NCBI GenBank assembly: GCA_964016885.1
Contig: OZ024756.1
Location: 24,552,001-24,616,000 of the forward strand
DNA length: 64,000 bases
Direction: 5' to 3'
From: Eledone cirrhosa
Lineage: Eukaryota
Each line of letters starts with the position of its first letter. Position 1 is the first letter of the stretch. The notes under the pieces are model-generated. The model was not told the DNA's origin. It saw only the letters and a program-made list of their open reading frames with translations, and ran no database searches. Both the position numbers and the translations under genes were made by a program. Below are positions 1-15,789 of the stretch, one piece after another.

Positions 1-1313
1 ACTGTCTTAGCAAAAGGACACATTAGATAGTGTAGTCTAAGGTACACTGTGTCTGAATAACTGATTATATGTGATGGTCATAGTTGCTTAATTAGGGCTG
101 ACATTGGGTTAAATAACAAAGTAAATTACTTGGAAAGAGGCAATATTTAATGTGTTGGCTACTGTTCAGTTTATAGTCTTATGTTACTTAAAGTTTCATA
201 TCTTTATAGTAATCATTAGAATGGGATGAAGTCAGCAGTTCTAATGATTTGACTAAGGACATGAAGCTTTAAGAAACAATGCTTTTAGCTGAACTATAAC
301 CAAAGGGAGAGGTTAGAAACTGAAACTGCTTGGGCTTGTGGATAAATCTCCATCTTATTAATATATATATTATTATTAATTAAGGATTCATATATTTCTT
401 TGGGACTCACATCCTCCAAATCATGAATTATTGTCCTAAAATTACCCAGTAATATAAAAATGTGGAGACATTAATAAAATGATCTTTGGTTGTCAATTGA
501 TTTAAATGTATGTATGTGTATATATATATATATGTGTACACACACATACCCACTCTGCATCCCATCATGTATTGAGTACTACTCTGATTTGTGGTCTTTA
601 CTGTTTAATGTCCATTTTCCATGCTAGCATGGGTTAGGCAGTTGACCCATTGTGAGTCAAGCCATATCAGATGACCATGTCTTGCTCATAGAAGACTGGT
701 TTTGGTTTGATTTCTATAGCTGGATGCCCTTCCTAACGCCAACTACATTTACAGTGTGGACTGGGCGCTTTTTGTTCATGTCTACCAATGTTATTTTTCC
801 AAACTCAAGAAAGCGTTTGAAAGCAAAAGCAACAGAGAGGAGCTCCAACTAGATCCTGTCAACTAAATCTCTATATGGTTTAAATATGCAACAAGTCTCC
901 AATATTTGAATGGCTAAATGTCAGCAGAAGGGCACCCAGGAAACATGACCTGGATGTGGCCCGGCCTCTTTAGAGAGTAAGAAGTTAAGGGTCAAAACAC
1001 TTGCTTAAGTGGGGTTTCTTCTCTGAAGACCTGCTGTCCAGCTTTCCTGAGAGTTTCTTACCATTATATATATATATATATATATAATGTGTGTGTATAT
1101 TTATATATACATATATATATCAAATATCAACCCTTATATATGTGTGCTGTTGTGGACACAACTACTTTTGAGTTAAAATTTCTTCAGTAGAACCATCTCA
1201 TATTTTCTATGGCATCTATAGGCTGGCTGGAATAATAATGTTTCTATATGTAAATTGAATTAAGTTTTGTTTCAGGCAATTTGGTATCTAAAGGATTAAA
1301 CAATTTTGTATGT

Positions 1314-1356
<43 letters not shown>

Positions 1357-1507
1357 CCCATTCCTGAATTATACCACGTAGTGAATAGTCACTTCCATAA
1401 TTATAAGCTTTCTGATGAAGTGTAATAAATAATTAAGTATTGCATATGATTGAACAATATATATTGTAATAGGCATAAGTAGACAATTATAATAGACACA
1501 GAAACAT

Positions 1508-1539
<32 letters not shown>

Positions 1540-2330
1540 CATAAATGTTCTCTATCAGATGCCAGTATGTTCAGAAATGATACATCATCATCACCGTTTA
1601 AAGTCCATTTTTCAATGCTGACAGGTCAGACGATACATATCTCTAAATATATATGTATATCATCAGCATTTTTCTATGCTCACATGGGTTGGACGGGTCC
1701 TTTTCAGCACAGCATTTCTCCACTCGCGTTTCTTTGTCATTCCCTCTGTGAGTCTCAGCAATTTGAGATCAACGCTCACCACTTCTGCCCAAGTTTTCTT
1801 TGTTCGACCTCTAATGAGGCTTCCTTATGTATTATATAGAGATATATATGTATATGTGTAGACAATGTAATATCTTTTTTACAAAAGAATAAAGATGTTA
1901 TGGATGGCCATGGCTGGAAAGTCATTGACTTTAGATGTGACTTCTAACTAAACAATATACATTATCTCAAAATAAATCATAACTTATAGGTGTGCTTGAT
2001 CAGAACTGACCTTGGGCTAAATGATGCTAGCACCACCACCACCACCACCTCAAACAGCATCACTATCACAAACACCACCACCACTAACAATATCATACCA
2101 CCAAAATCAACACCACCACTATGCTATCTCCTGTGTGTGTTGAAAGTAGAGTCAATTCCTACCCCTACCTCCACCCACAGGAGCAGATTAAGCTTGCCAG
2201 AGGTCCCTGGCTGAAAATTTCATTGGGAGATGGGGGTTGTTGCATAATATTTATGGTTGCAAAAGAATTAACGTGAGGTCATCCTCCACTACCACCACCA
2301 CTACCACTACTACATATCTGTACCTTTCAG

Positions 2331-2407
2331 GTGCTCCCTGGTGTCTCTACATAGATGAAACAAATGTGAATCCTAAGCATGCTGACTTCTCAGTACAACT
2401 CCCCTAA
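2331..2407 (+). CDS. Probable terminal coding exon of a gene lying upstream of the window ((G)APWCLYIDETNVNPKHADFSVQLP*)
   Basis: Acceptor tacctttcag|GT at 2330/2331, a phase-1 open frame of 24 codons to TAA at 2405-2407, and AATAAA at 2475-2480. The peptide is not recognised. Confidence 0.45.
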
Positions 2408-2639
2408 TCTTCCCCCTTCTTATACTACTTCATTCTCCTACTCCTCTTCTACATTCTTCTTCCAAGTATTGTTGAATAAAATGTATCTAACAACTCAATA
2501 ATGTGTTTGTTTCTACTTAATAAGTCCTCTTCATTGTTTTCTCCTCCCCTTCTTCCACCCTTCTACATATATGTTGTGATGGACATAGGGACAGAGATGA
2601 GCTTGACTTTTATAATATAGATATACAGTAACATATCTG

Positions 2640-2872
2640 ATCTTCAATTCTGCCATTCAAACATGTCCTTGGAAATATATTTTAGAAATGAATATGAAAA
2701 GCAACTAGCAGAGCAGTCCCAGGGGTAGACATAGAGCTGTACAAGATGGTTGGACAAAACCCCTGAGTTCGGCTGGTCACATTGAGATTCAGTTGGATCA
2801 ATTATAGACAGTAAGTTCTGGCAGGACTACTTAACGGCTCTGCCCACACAACTCTCAGAGGAAGAAGAAAAA
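2640..2872 (+). mobile_element. Decayed 3' end of an RTE-like LINE
   Basis: Resembles the 3' end of the element at 16490-16658 (cccaggggtagac...aagatggttgga...ctctgccc.cacaactctcag...gaagaagaa tail). Confidence 0.5.
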
Positions 2873-3044
2873 TGATGTACACCCCAAAAATATTGTAGAA
2901 AAGCTTTATTCAGATTTCTTTAAACATACAGATTAGTACATACATGATTATATAATGTATATATATATATATAATATGTATATATATATATATTCACTTT
3001 CCTCTCCTCTTTCATTGGTTTGCTTGCTTAATATTTTATATATA

Positions 3045-3150
3045 TATGCATATACACATATATGTATATGCATATATATGTGTAGATATGTGTATGTATA
3101 TATATATGTGTAGATATGTATATATATGTATGTATGTGTAGATATGTATG

Positions 3151-3190
<40 letters not shown>

Positions 3191-3656
3191 TATATCTATG
3201 TATATATATATATATATCTATGTATATATATATATATATCTATGTATATATATATATATATCTATGTATATATATATATATATATCTATGTATATATATA
3301 TATCTATGTATATATATATATATATATATCTATGTATATATATATATATATCTATGTATATATATATATATATATCTATGTATATATATATATATATATA
3401 TCTATGTATATATATATATATATATATCTATGTATATATATATATATATATCTATGTATATATATATATATATATCTATGTGTATATATATATATATATC
3501 TATGTGTATATATATATATATATCTATGTATATATATATATATATATCTATGTATATATATATATATATATCTATGTATATATATATCTATGTATATATA
3601 TCTATGTATATATATATATATCTATATCTATGTATATATATATATATATATCTATG

Positions 3657-3688
<32 letters not shown>

Positions 3689-3734
3689 TATGTATATATA
3701 TGTATATGTATATATATGTATGTATATATATATG

Positions 3735-3779
<45 letters not shown>

Positions 3780-3811
3780 GTATATATATATATGTATATA
3801 TATATATGTAT
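3045..3811. repeat. Compound (TA)n microsatellite with periodic TCTATG/TATG interruptions
   Basis: Seen directly. It produces the spurious YIYI ORFs. Confidence 0.95.
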
Positions 3812-4026
3812 ATTGGTAAACGGAATAGAAAATGCTGACAAATTGTTCACAGTTGAAAAATGGTTTAATTAGGAATAAAAGAGTATTAGTGATTGTATGG
3901 GTTAGTATTCAGTTGTGGTTCACAACTGAATACTAACCCATACAATCACTAATACTCTTTTATTCCTAATTAAACCATTTTTCAACTGTGAACAATTTGT
4001 CAGCATTTTCTATTCCGTTTACCAAT
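3812..4026. repeat. Near-perfect palindrome with ~105-bp arms, embedded in (TA)n
   Basis: attggtaaacggaatagaaaatgctg...cagttgtg|gtt|cacaactg...cagcattttctattccgtttaccaat. Confidence 0.9.
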
Positions 4027-4064
4027 ATATAATAACTTGTGTGTTACACCTCTATTCTTTTAAC

Positions 4065-6294
<2,230 letters not shown>

Positions 6295-6325
6295 AAAGAA
6301 TAGAGGTGTAACACACAAGTTATTA

Positions 6326-6720
6326 TATATTGGTAAACGGAATAGAAAATGCTGACAAATTGTTCACAGTTGAAAAATGGTTTAATTAGGAATAAAAGAG
6401 TATTAGTGATTGTATGGGTTAGTATTCAGTTGTGGTTTTAAGTTTTTAAGTTTTTACCGGTTGCGCATTTCTAAATGCTTTTCAAAAATAATTTCGAGAT
6501 AGAGTGTCCGTGTTGTTTGCTCAGAGCAAACAGCACGGACACTCTATCTCAAATTTATTTTTGAAAAGAATTTAGAAATGCGCAACCGGTAAAAACTTAA
6601 AAACTTAAAACCACAACTGAATACTAACCCATACAATCACTAATACTCTTTTATTCCTAATTAAACCATTTTTCAACTGTGAACAATTTGTCAGCATTTT
6701 CTATTCCGTTTACCAATATA
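6326..6720. repeat. ~390-bp palindrome whose outer arms are the same module as 3812-4026
   Basis: The arms match through ...gagatagagtgtccgtgttgtttgctc|a|gagcaaacagcacggacactctatctc... with only a few mismatches. Confidence 0.9.
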
Positions 6721-7143
6721 TATATATATATATATACATGTATCTATATGTAGATGTATTAGTAACAATAACAATAATAATAATAATTTCTTCAACAATA
6801 ACAATAACAACTATAACAATAGTAGAAAATATATGGATTGTGAAGTGGTTTTTTGTTAAATTGTATATATTTCAAAATATTTTATTTTCAGTTTAGTAAA
6901 TTATACTGTTTCTTTAATGGTGAATATATGTGGGATAAACACACTCTATATATATGGAATAAACACACGGAATATTGTATAATATATATAAATACACAGA
7001 AATATATATGTATATGTAAATATATGCATACACACATACACACAATCATGTATATATAGCACTCCACATGTATGTATGTATGCATGAAAATATATATATA
7101 TATAAATATGGATGAGAGGAGGGATGTCTGGTTACTGATAACG

Positions 7144-7649
7144 GGTGTTAGAAGGTAAGGGGAGACAAACAAGTGGTGGACAGTCTCCCTTCGTTAATAG
7201 TTAATTATGGGTCATGGATGTTTCAGCACATTATTAACTATACATCTATCCATAGCACGTTCATAGCCTTTTATCTATCAAAAGGCCATGAGGGAGAGAA
7301 AGAAAAAAAAGAAAAAAAAGAAAAAAAAGAAAAAAAAGAAAAAAAGAAAAAAAGAAAAAAAAAGAAAAAAAAAAGAAAAAATTGGGCAAAATCCTACCAA
7401 TAGAAGGGGGAACAAAGTATAATGCTGTTACCCCTTCTATCGGTAGTTTTTTTTCCCTTTTGTTCTTTTTTTCCCCTCTCTCTTCTTTTCTTTCTCTTCC
7501 TCATGGCCTTTTGATAGATAAAAGGTTATGGGCGCGCTACGGATAGATGTATAGTTAATAATGCACACAAACATCTGTGACCCGTACTTAACTATTGACG
7601 AAGGGAGAGTGTCCACCTCTTGTTTGTGTCCCCTTTACCTCCTAACACC
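7144..7649. repeat. ~505-bp imperfect foldback element
   Basis: ggtgttagaaggtaagggg...ccttttatctatcaaaaggccatgagg is the reverse complement of cctcatggccttttgatagataaaagg...cccctttacctcctaacacc. An inner pair is ctaccaatagaagggg/ccccttctatcggtag. Confidence 0.8.
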
Positions 7650-9101
7650 TATATATATATAAATATATATATATGTATATATACACACATACATACATAT
7701 ATATACATATATATATGTATATATATATACACACACATACATATATATAAATATATATATGTATATATATACATATATATATGTATATATATATACACAC
7801 ACATACATATATATAAATATATATATGTATATACACATATATATATACATACATATATACATACATATATATATACATACATATATACATACATATATAC
7901 ATACATACATATATAGATACATACATACATATATACATACATACATATATACATATATACATACATATATACATATACATACATATACATATATACCTAT
8001 AATCATATATATATATGCACATATATGTATATACACATATATATATATATATATACATCTATATATACATATATATCTATATCTATATACACATATATAT
8101 ATATACATATATATGTATATATATATATACATATACATATATATATATACATATATATACATATATATATACTTACATATACATATATATATATACATAC
8201 ATATATACTTACATATATATACATATATATATATATATATACATACATATATACTTACATATATATACATATATATACATACATATATACTTACATATAT
8301 ATACATATATATACATACATATATATATATATACCTACATATATATACCTACATATATATATATATACATACATATATATATACATACATATATATACAT
8401 ACAGACCCATGAAAGCATGGAAGATGGACGTTAAACGATGATGATGATGATGATGATACATACATATATATATATATACATACATATATATATATATACA
8501 CATATATGTATACATATATAAATACATATATAAATACATATATATATATACATATATATACATATATATATACATATTTATATATGTATACATATATATA
8601 TATGTATATATATATGTATACATATATATGTATACATATATATGTACATAGAAATATATACACTCACACNNNNNNNNNNNNNNNNNNNNNNNNNNNNNNN
8701 NNNNNNNNNNNNNNNNNNNNNNNNNNNNNNNNNNNNNNNNNNNNNNNNNNNNNNNNNNNNNNNNNNNNNNNNNNNNNNNNNNNNNNNNNNNNNNNNNNNN
8801 NNNNNNNNNNNNNNNNNNNNNNNNNNNNNNNNNNNNNNNNNNNNNNNNNNNNNNNNNNNNNNNNNNNNNATAATATATATATATAATATATATATATAAT
8901 ATATATATAATATATATATACATATATATATATAATATATATATACATATATATATATAATATATATATATAATATATATATATAATATATATATATAAT
9001 ATATATATATAATATATATATATAATATATATATAATATATATATACATATATATATATAATATATATATATAATATATATATATAATATATATATATAA
9101 T

Positions 9102-9158
<57 letters not shown>

Positions 9159-9400
9159 ATATATATAATATATATATATAATATATATATATATAATATA
9201 TATATATAATATATATATATATAATATATATATATAATATATATATATAATATATATATATAATATATATATAATATATATATATATATAATATATATAT
9301 AATATATATATATATAATATATATATAATATATATATATATAATATATATATATAATATATACATAATATATATATAATATATATATATAATATATATAT

Positions 9401-9444
<44 letters not shown>

Positions 9445-9665
9445 TAATATATATAATATATATAATATATATATATATTTAATATATATATATATAATAT
9501 ATATAATATATATAATATATATAATATATATAATATATATAATATATATAATATATATATATATATAAAATATATATATAAAATATATATATAATATATA
9601 TATATAATATATATATAATATATATATAATATATATAATATATATAATATAATATAATATATATA
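7650..9665. repeat. (TA)n/(TACA)n/(TAATATA)n microsatellite blocks around the gap
   Basis: Seen directly. Confidence 0.9.
8670..8869. other. Assembly gap (200 N)
   Basis: Run of N. Confidence 0.99.
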
Positions 9666-9816
9666 TTGTTATACTTTGGGAGAGTCATGTTGCCAATAAG
9701 AACCACACGCACCAGTAGCTTTCACTTTAATTTATTATAATAAATTTATAAATTTAGGAATTTATAAATTTCCGGTTGGTTGGTTGGTTCCACAACCAGA
9801 TGGTTGTTTATATATC

Positions 9817-9859
9817 GTCAAAGTTCTTTCGTCACACATTCTGTGACCTCTTCAGTGAC
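9817..9859 (-). ncRNA. Minimal type-I hammerhead ribozyme motif (Penelope-associated type)
   Basis: The minus strand reads gtca-CTGAAGA-g-gtcaca(gaatg)tgtgac-GAAA-gaac-TT-tgac: intact core, 6-bp stem II, 4-bp stem I and a vestigial stem III. Confidence 0.65.
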
Positions 9860-9955
9860 TGGGTATTCTTTTCTTTGTTTTTTGTGCCTCTGTTTTTTTG
9901 TGCATCTCCTTGTGCCATCTTGAATTAAGCCAAAAATGTTCAACAGTTTGACCAT

Positions 9956-10163
9956 TTAACATTTACATTACTCTATATATACTATTGTATTTTCATGGTA
10001 AAGGCTTTATATCACATAATATAGAATCTATGATATTTTGATATTAGTTATTTTGAGAACAATACCTTAACATCAGCATGAGTGTCCAGTTACAATCAGT
10101 TTGAACAGAAAGGGGTGAGAGAATTCTGGCGGGATATAGCCGGTTTAAATGCTAAAAGGTTAA
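9956..10163 (-). mobile_element. TTAA-flanked (piggyBac-like) MITE, degenerate
   Basis: Ends are ttaacatttacattactctata... and ...tttaaatgctaaaaggttaa. It is the reverse complement of the copy at 30483-30698. Confidence 0.6.
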
Positions 10164-11896
10164 CTCTGGAAGGGCGTTAACATTCAGGGTGAGTGTGTAT
10201 GTACGTGTATGTGCGTACGTGTTTGTTTGTGTAATTATGTGTGTGCTTGTTTATGTATGTATGTGAGTGTTTGTATGTGTGTGTCGATAAGAGAAAATCA
10301 TTTAATTGACAATCCCGTTTCGCTCTCCTTTCAGTTGCTACATGAAATCCTGAGACCTACGATGGACAACATCAACACCAACAACATAACTTCAAACAAA
10401 CCACCACCACCAACAACAACAACAACAACAACACAGGACACTAAACAAAAAAACCAAAAGAAGAAGAACAACAACAGAGAACAGCAAACAAACAACAACC
10501 CGCATTAAACATAATAGCAGCAATATCAACAACAACAAACCTAGCTAATGCAGTTGTTCTTTAGCCCCAGATTGGCCCTGATGGAACCGGCCTATCATCA
10601 AAGACATTCCAGCAGTAACCATCCCGTCATTTTACGTATCTAGAACTCAGGACCCGCGCCTGGGTATTTGGCGCCCTAGTCTAGTGCTAAAATGTGTGCC
10701 CTATTCTCCCAATTATATACCTCATTCTCACAAATAAAGTTATTTCAACTCACAGATTGGTAGCCTGACGAACTTAATTTTTGACACTTCTTGCTCTGAC
10801 ATTACTAATAAAATTACTAAGCCTGCCATTTCCAGTACACAGTCCATACGCAACCATGCCAAATCATGTTACAGGTCATAAAAGCATACTAACCTTACTT
10901 TCCTTCTCCACCACTTTGGATATTTCCACAACGTTGTTGTGTGGCAATGACGTTTAGTGATTTATTTATTTATCGTAGGATGTGTTTAATTTAATCTAAT
11001 TATATATGTCGGCATAAACGTGTAAGTAGTAAATTGACAGAGTCGATAGAACGTCGGATAGAATGATTTGTGGTGTTTGTTTCGACTCTCTCAACTTTGC
11101 TTTTCATCCATTCAAGGTTGATAAAAAGTATCAGTCTTGATTACTCCTCTATATCTCTTTCCCACTTCGTTTCTTTCACTCTCTCTTCCTTTATTTGGGA
11201 GAAACCTATTGTATTCAAACCCGGAGAGGATTGGATTCCACCAGGTTTTAAAATGCCCCATAAACACCCCTACGACTCCCTTGGGAGTTACAGGACCATG
11301 CATGCATAAAAGTGTAATTCTTTAAGGTTCACTAATACATTTCTCTGTTGGCCATAATGGCTCAATAATGCGTTTCTCTATGCCCTGCGACCTTTTCAAG
11401 TTAGCGACACCACGCCATTCAGATGCGATTTCCTGCTTGCTTACAACATTTTTATCGTAGGCATTTCTCCTCTCCGCGCCACAAAACACAATGAACATAA
11501 ACATAATAAATATTACGACTAGAAACTAATAAACAACAGATTTGGGGATGAATTAAAACAAAAGACATTGTAAACTGAGTAACGTGTTAATGCTGAAATG
11601 ATGGAAAAATTCGTCAGAGGAATATAATTGGTAAAGCCTAACAAAAATAGGTCTGCTACCCACTCTATGAAAGAAAGATAGATGGATGGAAGAAGAGAGG
11701 AAGGAAAAAACAAGGGGATGAGAGAGAAACAAGGAGAGACCGAGTAAGGGAAGATAGAGAGGGAACAAAGAAGAAATTCCACATTAAAGCGAAAAATCGC
11801 ACGCCAGAAGGTGGTTCAAGCGGAAGAGGTGCAGTTCTTTGTTCATCATTTGTAACTGTTTTTCAGTGTGCAGTTTTCAGCTGATATGTATGTATG

Positions 11897-11950
<54 letters not shown>

Positions 11951-11956
<6 letters not shown>

Positions 11957-12107
11957 TTCCAAATATTAACAAAATAGATATTCTTGTGATCAATTATATT
12001 TTATTATACATATTTCAGAGTTACTGAATTAAGTATAATAATGAAATATGTATAATAAAATATAATTGATCACAAGAATATCTATTTTGTTAATATTTGG
12101 AATTAAT
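11951..12107. repeat. Perfect inverted repeat (~67-bp arms, ~24-bp spacer) abutting (TA)n
   Basis: tattaattccaaatattaacaaaatagatattcttgtgatcaattatattttattatacatatttca followed by its reverse complement. Confidence 0.9.
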
Positions 12108-12489
12108 ATTAATAACCCTGGAAAATAGTTTTCTGTAGAGTGCTTCCAATCTATTGTAAAACTCATTCTTTGATGTATTCATTGAATCTTGTTTAACTCT
12201 TAAATATATATATAATGTATAATAAACAATACAATATAATTACCTCATTACCAGAGGTTTCCTGAATAAGACGAATACGAAAGAAACGTCCTCATTCGTT
12301 TGTCGGACAAGGCAATATAAAACATAGTGAAATATTTGGAAAGTCTCCTCAAGAAATGCAAAAAAAAAATATATATATATAAATAAAGGTAATGCAATAG
12401 ACATAATAAAAAAAAATATATATATATATATATATAGAGAGAGACAGAGAGAGAGAGAGAGAAGAACAAAGTTATGTTTGAAACATTTT

Positions 12490-12576
12490 ATCCTACATAT
12501 GTTTCAATGTAGAGTGGTGGGTCACACCATGATCCATACGAGGTATCTGTCCATCGCTCTACATATCTTCAGGAGT
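12490..12576 (-). ncRNA. Hammerhead-like motif with an extended stem II
   Basis: Minus strand: ctc-CTGAAGA-t-atgtagagcgatgg...ccaccactctacat-t-GAAA-catatg-TA-ggat. Stem III (acatatgt) is palindromic; stem I is weak. Confidence 0.5.
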
Positions 12577-12835
12577 TTAGATATTGTTTGATGTTTCAAC
12601 TGTATTACATACAAGAGATAACTCCATATAATGGATGAGGTTCATACTATATTAATTAATACATTGCAAATTACAGGCACAATTAAAAACAACAGCAAAG
12701 TAGATGCAGTGTTAAAAACAGTATATCAAAATGAAATACTTCTGTACATCCATACATTAACAGACATATGATTAACAATTAGAAGCAATATTAAATGAGA
12801 ATATATGTGTGTATATTGGCCAGAATATATATATA

Positions 12836-12878
<43 letters not shown>

Positions 12879-12899
12879 TACGTAAAGAAATCGAATATT

Positions 12900-13612
12900 A
12901 ATTGTTTCTACTTTTGGCACAAGGCCAGCAATTATCCAGGGTATTACTGGTACTTTATTTTATAGACCCCATAAGGATGAAAGGCAAAGTTAACCTCGGC
13001 GGGATTTGAACTCAGATCATAAAGGGCCGTAACTCTTTGCTGCAAAGCATGGCGTCCGACTCTCTACCGATTCGATAAGAAACTCACGAATGTATATATA
13101 TATATATCGGATACGTAAAAAGATCGAATAATATTAATATTATTCGATAAGAAACTCACGAATGCATATATATATATATATATATTAAATATATAAAAAG
13201 CAAAATAAAGGAAGTCGGCAACAATCCACGACAATCGGTAACAATCGTCAATAGAACGAATCTGGCGATTCACAAACACCCAGGGCTCATTACAACCACA
13301 CAATAGAATTGTGAAGGCATTTCCAAAGGTGCAATAAACATAATTGTTTCTACTTTTTGGCACAAGGCCAGTAATTATCCAGTGCATTACTGGTACTTTA
13401 TTTTATCAACTCTATTAGGATGAAAGGCAAAGTTAACCTCGGTGGGATTTGAACTCAGAACACAAAGAGCTCTATGCTGTAAAGCATGGTGTCTGACGCT
13501 CTACCGATACTGCCAATAATGCTAGATTTAATGCCCTTTGTTACCAGCTCTAAATGTCACGTAGGAAGTTAATTCTTTCAATCATTTCATCACTGTTAAT
13601 TATATTCTGTAC

Positions 13613-13663
<51 letters not shown>

Positions 13664-14870
13664 ACAAAAACAGACACAAAATGAATGTTAAATTTTAGAT
13701 AAAGTTCTGAAACAAGACTGTATTTTTCACAGCTTGCAACGCTTGAAAATAAAAGGGAAGGGATATTTACAAATAAAATGTTTTAAAATAACCCCCCCCC
13801 CCCCCTCCCACACACACACATACAAAAAAAGAAGAAAAAAACGGAGAGCCGCAACGATTACAAAAAGAGATAATTGTTTCTACTTTTGGCACAAGGCCAG
13901 CAATTATTCCAGTGCATTACTGGTACTTTATTTTATCGACCCCGTAAGGATGAAAGGCAAAGTTAACCTCGGCGGGATTTGAACTCAGATCATAAAGGGA
14001 GGTAACTCTATGCTTCAAAGCATGGCGTCCGACCCTTACCGATACTGCCAATCCATTACAAAAAGAGATAATTGTTTCTACTTTAGGCACAAGGCCAGCA
14101 ATTACCCAGTGCATTACTGGTACTTTATTTTATCGACCCTGTAAGGATGAAAGGCAAAGTCAACCTCGGCGGGATTTGAACTCAGATCATAAAGGGACGT
14201 AACTATGCTGGAAAGCATGGCGTCCGACCCTCTACCGATACTGCCAATCCACCGCCTCTGAGATAATGAAGAAACGAAACAAAAAATTTGTTCAAGGGGG
14301 ATAATTCTTTCAGGGTAAATAACTCTAGTATTTTTTTTTTTTTTCAAACTTTTAGAAATATAAAAATTATATTGATTTCTAATTTAAGCACAAGGCCAAC
14401 AAATTTGTGTGAAAGGTGAAGTTAATTAAATCAATCCCAGTATTTGAATGGTACTTTATTTTACCGACCTTAGAAGAATGAAATTTAAAGTTGCCAGTAG
14501 GATTTCAACCAGAATAAATATCGATTTCTACTATAGGTACAAGGCCAGCAATTTGGGGAGAAGGGAAAGTCGATTAAATCGATTAAATACAGCACCAGTA
14601 ATGCACTGGTGCATTACTGGTTGCCAATAAATAATTGTTTCTAGTTTTGGCACAAGGCCAGTAATTATCCCAGTGCATTACTGGTGCTGTATTTTATCAA
14701 CTCCTTAATGATGAAAGGCAAAGTCAACCTCGGCGGGATTTGAACTCAGAACGTAAAGGGGCATAACTCTATGTTACAAAGCATGGTGTCTGACGCCCTA
14801 CCGATATTGCCAATCCATCTAATGCAAAGCATTTTGTCAGACGCTCTACCATTTCAGCCAATCCACCACT
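12900..14870 (-). mobile_element. Cluster of tRNA-derived SINEs (family A, ~180 bp; at least 5 near-full copies plus fragments)
   Basis: Copies at about 12900-13070, 13341-13515, 13871-14055, 14069-14255 and 14631-14820. They show A-box-like tggcagtatcgg, B-box gttcaaatcc, and the body gcctttcatccttacggggtcgataaaataaagtaccag. Confidence 0.85.
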
Positions 14871-15145
14871 TATTGCCTGCAAATATTCCTTTTAAAAATC
14901 CACATGAATATTTTTATATATCAATGTATGTATAAACCCACAATTCCAGGTAGAGTGGTAGGGGTGCCGTAGAGTCATATAGCGTTTCTTTGAGCATCGT
15001 TTTTTTAAGCCTGTCGGGGACTATCCCACAGTTGATCTCCTCTAGAGAAGGAGACAGATGGAGAAGAATTGAGGAGCAAACGACTCCAGTATTGAACTGG
15101 TACTTTTTTTTATCGACGTTGAATGGATGAAAGGTAAAGTTGACC

Positions 15146-15770
15146 TTAGGTTAGTTATAGTAGATGTAGGTTAGTTATAGTAGATCTAGGTTAGTTATAG
15201 TAGATTTATGTTAGTTATAGTAGATTTAGGCTAGTTATAGTAGATCTAGGTTAGTTATAGTAGATTTGGGATAGTTATAGTAGATTTAGGCTAGTTATAG
15301 TAGATTTAGGCTAGTTATAGTAGATCTAGGTTAGTTATAGTAAATCTAGGTTAGTTATAGTAGATTTATGTTAGTTATAGTAGATTTAGGCTAGTTATAG
15401 TAGATCTAGGTTAGTTATAGTAGATTTGGGATAGTTATAGTAGATTTAGGCTAGTTATAGTAGATTTAGGCTAGTTATAGTAGATCTAGGTTAGTTATAG
15501 TAAATCTAGGTTAGTTATAGTAGATTTATGTTAGTTATAGTAGATCTAGGTTAGTTATAGTAAATCTAGGTTAGTTATAGTAGATTTACGTTAGTTATAG
15601 TAGATTTAGGCTGGTTATAGTAGATTTATGTTAGTTATAGTAGACTTGTTATAATACATCTATGTTGGTAATAATAGATTTAGATTTGTTATAGTAGATT
15701 TAGATTGATTATAACAGATTTGGTTGTTTTTTTATAGAAGATTTACTTTAGTTATATTAGATTCATGTTA
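15146..15770. repeat. 20-bp satellite (ttaggttagttatagtagat), left block
   Basis: Tandem units that degenerate towards 15770. Confidence 0.95.
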
Positions 15771-15789
15771 ATTACTCTCGATTATTTAC

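Noticed and set aside
11322-11504. 60-aa non-repetitive ORF on the - strand
   Set aside because: No recognisable motif or convincing splice sites; it cannot be supported from sequence alone.
12900-14870. tRNA genes suggested by A/B boxes
   Set aside because: These are SINE heads; there is no cloverleaf and they continue into a shared SINE body.
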